A stretch of DNA of 64,000 bases from Octopus vulgaris. Its lineage: Eukaryota. Both the position numbers and the translations under genes were made by a program. The first letter of the stretch is position 1, and each line of letters opens with the position of its first letter. Location: positions 29,946,001 to 30,010,000 of the forward strand of contig OX597832.1 of assembly GCA_951406725.2 (NCBI GenBank), given 5' to 3'. Below the pieces are notes generated by a model. It was given only the letters and a program-made list of their open reading frames with translations, did not search any database and had not been told where the DNA came from. Positions 56,277 through 64,000 of this stretch are shown here, piece by piece.

Positions 56277-56280
<4 letters not shown>
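56155..56280. ncRNA. Palindromic head-to-head pair of type-I hammerhead motifs, copy 2
   Basis: GCUUC-CUGAUGA-UUUC(auuu)GAAU-GAA-ACAG(uucuaguc)CUGU-A/GAAGC. Within the core it differs from copy 1 at position 7 and loop II, both unconstrained positions. Confidence 0.78.
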
Positions 56281-56344
<64 letters not shown>

Positions 56345-56594
56345 ATGTATGTATGTATGTTACCGTATACATTTTTACAAACCAAGGACGTTATATAGAC
56401 CTCCTTGATTCATGTTAGAAAAGTGGTGCGCATTATACATAGGGTTTAGGTTTTTCAGAGGTACAGCCCCTAAAAATTCCCTGTGTATTATACTCACGGG
56501 CGGACTATACTCGAGGATTTACGGTGACCGCGTGTGTATCGTTGGCGATTTTTTTCCCTCCATCTTCCCTTCCTTGGATCTTTCCTTCTCCTAT

Positions 56595-56630
56595 GTTTCT
56601 GACGAAGAGCTCCGCTCGAAACGTTAAATC
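56595..56630 (+). ncRNA. Minimal hammerhead-like motif
   Basis: GUUU-CUGACGA-A-GAGC(ucc)GCUC-GAAACGUUA/AAUC. Stem I is imperfect. Confidence 0.6.
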
Positions 56631-56741
56631 TTCCTTTTTTTCTTTCCTTTCCTGGGCGTCCAATAACACTATACTTGTTCCACGTCCTCGCGTTGTTGTG
56701 TTTTCTCTTTGTGTTTTCATGTTTGGATTAACTAGATATAC

Positions 56742-56841
<100 letters not shown>

Positions 56842-56937
56842 CGGGAAGCTTTATGAAAATAAACAAAAGACGAAGGCAGGTGGAATACAAACAAACAATT
56901 GTATTAGTATGGCGCTCAGGAATAGAAATAAAACAAG

Positions 56938-56975
56938 TCTTTTACGTTTCGAGCCTACGCTCTTCAACAGAAAGA
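56938..56975 (-). ncRNA. Minimal hammerhead-like motif with A6U
   Basis: UCUUU-CUGUUGA-A-GAGC(guag)GCUC-GAAACGUA/AAAGA. 5-bp stem I. Confidence 0.6.
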
Positions 56976-58165
56976 TACACAGAAAAGAAACACGGAGAGA
57001 AACAAGGAGAGAAAAAAAATGCGTGCAGGAGCTAACGATATATATATATATATATATATTACTTTTTGTTATGAATATTGGCTCTGTTGTCAATATGTAC
57101 ATATATTGTATTTTAAATCAGTTTAAACACTGGTTTCAAATTTTGGTACAAGGCCAGCAATTTGGGGAGAGGGGGGAGAGGGGTAAACCGATTACATCGA
57201 CCCCAGTATTCAACTGGTACTGATTTTATTGACCCCCTTCGAAAGGATGAAAGACAAAGTCGAACTCGGTAGAATTTGAACTCAGACCGTAAAGACGGTT
57301 GAAATGTCGCTAAATTCTTTTCGCCTGGCGTGCCACCGGGTGTGCCATCTTGCCGCCTTAATCAGTTTAAATATTAATATTTATGATTTATTAATTGGAA
57401 TAGGGATATTGTAAATAGAGGGAGAGAAATGAGATGTTGTGGCGTTTATTTCTTTCCCAGAATATTAATTAAAACTAGAGTGGAAAAGATGTTTTCAGGC
57501 GAGAATCGAGACTTGACTGAAAGCGAACATAGCGCCATCTATCATCGATAAAGATCGAATTTAATGGTCGATCAAACCAGTAATGCACTGGGGGTCGGCT
57601 AGGTCGATCCGGGTATTAACGGGGGTTTTATCGAAATGGTCCGAATGAAAAGAAAAGTAAAACTCACTCGAGCAGGATTTGAGCCTGGAATATGAAGACA
57701 CCAGAAGTGGACATCACAATGGAACTGGTCAGTCCACCGTTCATTGTACCTATTGACCCCACTGGTCACTGTCAGTCTTTTGTCTGTCTCTCAATCTCTC
57801 AGCCTCTGTCTCTCTTCCAGTCTCTGTATGTCTCTCTCTTTCTTTCTCTCTCTCTTTCTTTCTTTCTCTCCCTCTCTCTTTTCTCTCTCTCTCTTTCTTT
57901 CTCCCAGTCTCCCCCTCTCTCTCTCTCACACACACACAGACATACACACATACATCACAACAAAAGACACTCACCCCCTACAATAACAGACACACGACCA
58001 CTACTCCCACCGCCACCACCACCACCACCACCAGCACCACTACTACCACCACCACCACCACCCACATCCACCACCGTTTCAATAAAACGTCACAATAAAA
58101 CACGCCCAATAAAACACACACAAAAATACACACACACACAACTCGACACTCTCTGTCTCTCTCAG

Positions 58166-58198
<33 letters not shown>

Positions 58199-58205
58199 CA
58201 CACCT

Positions 58206-58241
<36 letters not shown>

Positions 58242-58279
58242 CTTCTCTCTCTCTTTCTCTCACACACACACACGTACCT

Positions 58280-58311
<32 letters not shown>

Positions 58312-58312
58312 C

Positions 58313-58353
<41 letters not shown>

Positions 58354-58486
58354 ACACACACACATGTAAGAGAAATAAAAAGGAAGGCTTTATGTGTTAA
58401 CAGATCAATTGTAGCTGCCAAGCTGCCTGCATTAACGATTCATTAAGACAATATCCTTTCCAATATAATTACAACAAAATACATTG

Positions 58487-58522
<36 letters not shown>

Positions 58523-58964
58523 GTGTGTGTGTGTGTGTGTGTGTCATGAAAAGGAAAAAAGACTAAGAACGTAAGACAGTTGCGAAATTGATCCAAGAAT
58601 CAACGGGAATTATTATTAATTTGGTTAATAGATCCAGCGACGTCAGACGTTGTGTGTCGTCGTCGTCGTCGACTCACGATTCCGTTGATGTCCATTTTGG
58701 AAGTTGGATTTCGTCAGAGACTTCGTCTTGATGTGATGAAAGGAAGATGGGGAGCAAGAGAGAGAGAGGGGGGGAGAGAGAAGAGAGAGGGGGAGAGTGA
58801 GAGTGATAGGAAAACCTTTTTACGGGGGAGGGGGATTTGTGGGGTGGGGTGAAAAGTGATTACAAGATAATTGAAACACTCACACGGACATACATTCATA
58901 CATACGCACACACTCAGACATATACACATGTAGATATAATATATATATATATACATATATATAG

Positions 58965-58998
<34 letters not shown>

Positions 58999-59079
58999 GT
59001 ATGTATATGTATGTATATAAACGTATATATATATATATATTTATGTATATATATATGTATAAGTATACAATGCAATATA

Positions 59080-59126
<47 letters not shown>

Positions 59127-59283
59127 GCACACATATATATGTGTATGTATGTATATGTGTGTGTGTGTATATATGTATGTGTGTAAGTGTTCACCCATCA
59201 CACATTAATATTGAAAAAGTTTTAGAAACGATGATGGGATGTAAGAAAAGAAGATTAAAGGGAAAAAATGGGACAAAATAAAC

Positions 59284-59331
<48 letters not shown>

Positions 59332-59406
59332 TTGTGTATTATATATTCTTGTCTTCTGTAACTGATTTTATTTATGCAGAATGTGGTCATACTGTAGTAA
59401 TGCCGT

Positions 59407-60170
<764 letters not shown>

Positions 60171-60262
60171 CTGTAAGTCTCTCTCCATCACCTCTTTCTT
60201 TCTTTCTTTCTTTCTTTCACCCTTTTTCTCTATGTATGTATATATATATATGTGTGTGTGTG

Positions 60263-60297
<35 letters not shown>

Positions 60298-60373
60298 GTT
60301 TATACATACATATACATATGTACATTTATGTGTGTGTATATATATATATATATACGTTTACACACACACACAT

Positions 60374-60432
<59 letters not shown>

Positions 60433-61449
60433 CTTACACACACGCTCACACACATGCACTGAAGAAAAAAGTTCTTTCCGTTCTAAGAACTGTTATTTCT
60501 TTCTCTTCCCCCCTCTTCCCCCTCTCTTTTCCTTTCTCCACCACCACCACCACCACCACTACCATCTCCTCCTCCTCCTCCTCCTCTCTTTCCTTCCCTT
60601 CTCCTCCCTCGCTCTTCCCCCTCCCCCACCCTCTAATTGTTAATGTGAAATGAAATTTAAAGTTAATGACAACTCATTTGATGTGCTTCCTTCGCGGGTG
60701 CGGGTGGTGGTGGTGGTGGTGGAGGGGAAGAGGCTGCTGCTGCTAACAAAACCCACGGCGGCGGCGATGGCGGCGGCGGCGATGGCGGCGATGGCAATGG
60801 CGGCTGCGGCGGCAATGGCGACCACCAAAGCCGCAGTTTAAACTTTATCTCATTTCGCTTCTAATTCACTTCAAGTCTTCACTGGAAAACTCTCGGCTGA
60901 TGTTTTGCGACTGAAATGAGACCAGCTTTTTTGTAGAAGCGGAAACTTTGACGATCTTCATAGCGCATTTGGCTACGAGGTTATATGATTATTTTCTCTT
61001 TTTTTTAATATAATGGCTGTCAGCGTAAAATGGCCGCAGTTGGTTCGACGAGTAACTATTCTGTCATTTCCGAAGGGATGGATTAGCTGGGAGCCATTCT
61101 TCCCTATTAGCAGCAATTAGAGTTACGGAACCAGATTGTTATAAAGTCATAGACTGCTCAAAGATTCAAAGGAAGTAATTATGGAATTAGAATCATGGAA
61201 TGGAAGCGCAGAAAAGCGACAAGAAGAAGGGCTGTCACTTGGCTACAGGATCAGGAACGAAGGAGATTCATTGAGCTGACGTCACTAGTTCTTGTGTGCA
61301 GCCAAGCATGACTGTCAGCACTTGGCTGGCACTGGAACCGAAAGCAGTGGTGACCGTATTCTGAGAGAGGCTCCACTCTGGAAGATTTTCTTAAATGGTT
61401 TGAGGTTAAAAGATCGAATACGGCAAAGTGGAGGAGGGAGGGAAGGAAC

Positions 61450-61728
61450 GAGAGAGAGAGACAGAGAGAGAGAGAGAGAAAGAGAAGAGAGAGAGAGGAG
61501 AGAGAGAATAGTAAGTGTATAAGAGAGAGAGAGAGAGACAGAGAGAGAGAGAGGAGAGAGAGAATAGAAAGTGTATAAGAGAGAAAGAGAGAGAGAGGAG
61601 AGAGAGAGGAAAAAGAGAATAGTAAGTGTATAAGAGAGAAAGAGAGAGAGAGAGAGAGGAGAAGGGACAGATAGAGGGAGATAGAAACAGGTAGGAGAGC
61701 CATATATGAATGATGCATAGATAGACAG

Positions 61729-61783
<55 letters not shown>

Positions 61784-61920
61784 AAGGAGAGAGAAAGAGG
61801 GGGAAGGGACAGATAGAGGGAGATAGAAACAGGTAGGAGAGCCATATATGAATGATGCATAGATAGACAGAAAGAAAGAGAGAGAGAGAGAGAGAGAGGG
61901 AAAGAAGGGAGGAGAGGGGG
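61450..61920. repeat. (GA)n-rich tract with an internal ~130-bp duplication
   Basis: gaagggacagatagagggagatagaaacaggtaggagagccatatatgaatgatgcatag occurs twice. Confidence 0.9.
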
Positions 61921-62113
61921 AGATGCAGGGAGGTGGTAGGAGGTGCAGGCGATGTAGTGTGTATTTGATCTGCCAACTCAATTGTTAAAAGGTGACAAAT
62001 TGAACGTCGACATTTATGGAATGAAAAATATTAATTTAGTAAAAGAATAATTTTTCCACTTGTTTTTGTTTTTCATTCATTTATTTATTTCTATTAAGAA
62101 ATCATCGCTGCTA

Positions 62114-62114
<1 letters not shown>

Positions 62115-62172
<58 letters not shown>

Positions 62173-62270
62173 AATCATCATCATCATCATCATAATCATC
62201 ATCATCAAGGCCGTCATCATCATCATCATCACCACCACCACCACCACCATCAAGGTCATCATCATCATTA
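62115..62270. repeat. (ATC)n/(ACC)n microsatellite
   Basis: Direct reading. Confidence 0.95.
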
Positions 62271-62499
62271 ACATCATCTCCCTCATCACCGTTTGTTGTT
62301 GTTCGTGTTGTTGTTCTTCTTCTTCTTATGCCATTATCTCTACTTTTACTTTTCATTATTCCCCCCCCCCACGCCGTTTGTTTAAAGATTTGAACGTTTT
62401 TAATTGAAATAAAGTTTTTAATTAAACCAAAGATTAATGAGTTTTTTAAAGTCTAAAGGAATATTTTACACAAATGGAATATTATAAAGGTGTGTCTAC

Positions 62500-62669
62500 A
62501 GGTATATATGTATACATATACACATATATACATACGCACGCATATGTGCACACGCACAAACACACATACACACAGACATATCTATATACGTGCACATACA
62601 CATACACTCACATACATATATGTTTAGAATGTATGTGTGTGTACAAGTGTGTATTGTTTACAAAGGAAA

Positions 62670-62717
<48 letters not shown>

Positions 62718-62785
62718 GTATAATATACATATATATATAATATATAATATATAATATATAATATATGTATGTATATATATGTATA

Positions 62786-62833
<48 letters not shown>

Positions 62834-63143
62834 TTTGCATGCATATATTTGTGAATGTGTGAGTGTGTATGAATGTATGAATTCATATGTGTGTGTGGGT
62901 GCGCGGGCATGTATACATATATATATAAATAAATATATATATATATATATATATATACATACATGCATACATAAATAGATGCATACGTACATGCATGCAT
63001 CTATGTATGTATGTTTACATATACATATATAGTGGGTGTCTATATATGTGTGTGTGTGTGTGTGTGCATGTGCATAAACGTGGCTATGTATGTATGTGTA
63101 TTTGTATGTGCAAATGTATGTGTGTATGTATACACACACATAC

Positions 63144-63189
<46 letters not shown>

Positions 63190-63287
63190 ACACATATTGT
63201 ATGTATATAAAAATTATAGATAGATAGATAGATAGATTGATAGACAGACACACAGAAAGACAGAGACAGATAGATTGACAGACAAGC

Positions 63288-63362
<75 letters not shown>

Positions 63363-63738
63363 CGTCTTTAAAAAGTTCCACCAAACAGCTATGACTCTTC
63401 ACCATTTCACTTTCTTCAAAGAATTATCCTTCACAGGGCCAGAATGTTGCGAAAGAGTGTTTCCACGAGTCTTTGAGGAAAGTGGAATGGAGCTGACAGG
63501 AACAACCATTCCACTTGTTCCTTATTTCTCGTAGACTAAAGATGTGTGCCAGACTTTCAAGAACTTCCTACGACGTCTCTGCAACGGCGCGGCATTCTTG
63601 TGGACGTTGTACAGAACAGAGTTGTAGAACTTTCTTATGTACACACACACACACACGTGTGTGTATGTTTGTGTGTATGAATGCATATGCGTACACTCAT
63701 TCACATACTGATATATATATACGTATATACATATATAC

Positions 63739-63791
<53 letters not shown>

Positions 63792-63856
63792 CTTATATTC
63801 ATATATATATATATATTTATATATATGAATGTAAGTATATACATATATATATATTC

Positions 63857-63950
<94 letters not shown>

Positions 63951-64000
63951 TGTATGATATATATATATATATATATATACATATATGCACACACATACAC
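62500..64000. repeat. (TA)n, (TG)n and (GATA)n microsatellite field
   Basis: Direct reading; interrupted by unique sequence at ~63360-63640. Confidence 0.9.

Noticed and set aside
63474-63523. Short hairpin aagtggaatgg/ccattccactt as a possible miRNA
   Set aside because: The stem is short and interrupted, and I recognise no mature miRNA sequence.

Overview
AT-rich, repeat-dense eukaryotic DNA. The SINE families and microsatellite load suggest a coleoid cephalopod, probably Octopus (inference). Two spliced genes can be rebuilt exon by exon with consistent phases. TGS1 (trimethylguanosine synthase) is on the minus strand with 10 coding exons, about 1049 aa, one U12-type AT-AC intron and a DPPW rather than SPPW catalytic motif. 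An MBLAC1-like metallo-beta-lactamase is on the plus strand with 5 coding exons, 208 aa. An intronless 276-aa orphan ORF lies at 41.1-41.9 kb. The rest is SINEs, RTE/CR1/R4 LINE fragments, a Tc1 fragment, MITEs, non-autonomous Helitrons and microsatellites. The most striking unannotated signal is a set of about 13 minimal type-I hammerhead-ribozyme motifs from several families, of the kind known from Penelope-like retroelements. Several sit as head-to-head palindromic pairs inside (TA)n tracts, several have non-canonical cores, and three lie sense-oriented in introns of the two genes. All structures were read by eye; no folding or database searches were run.
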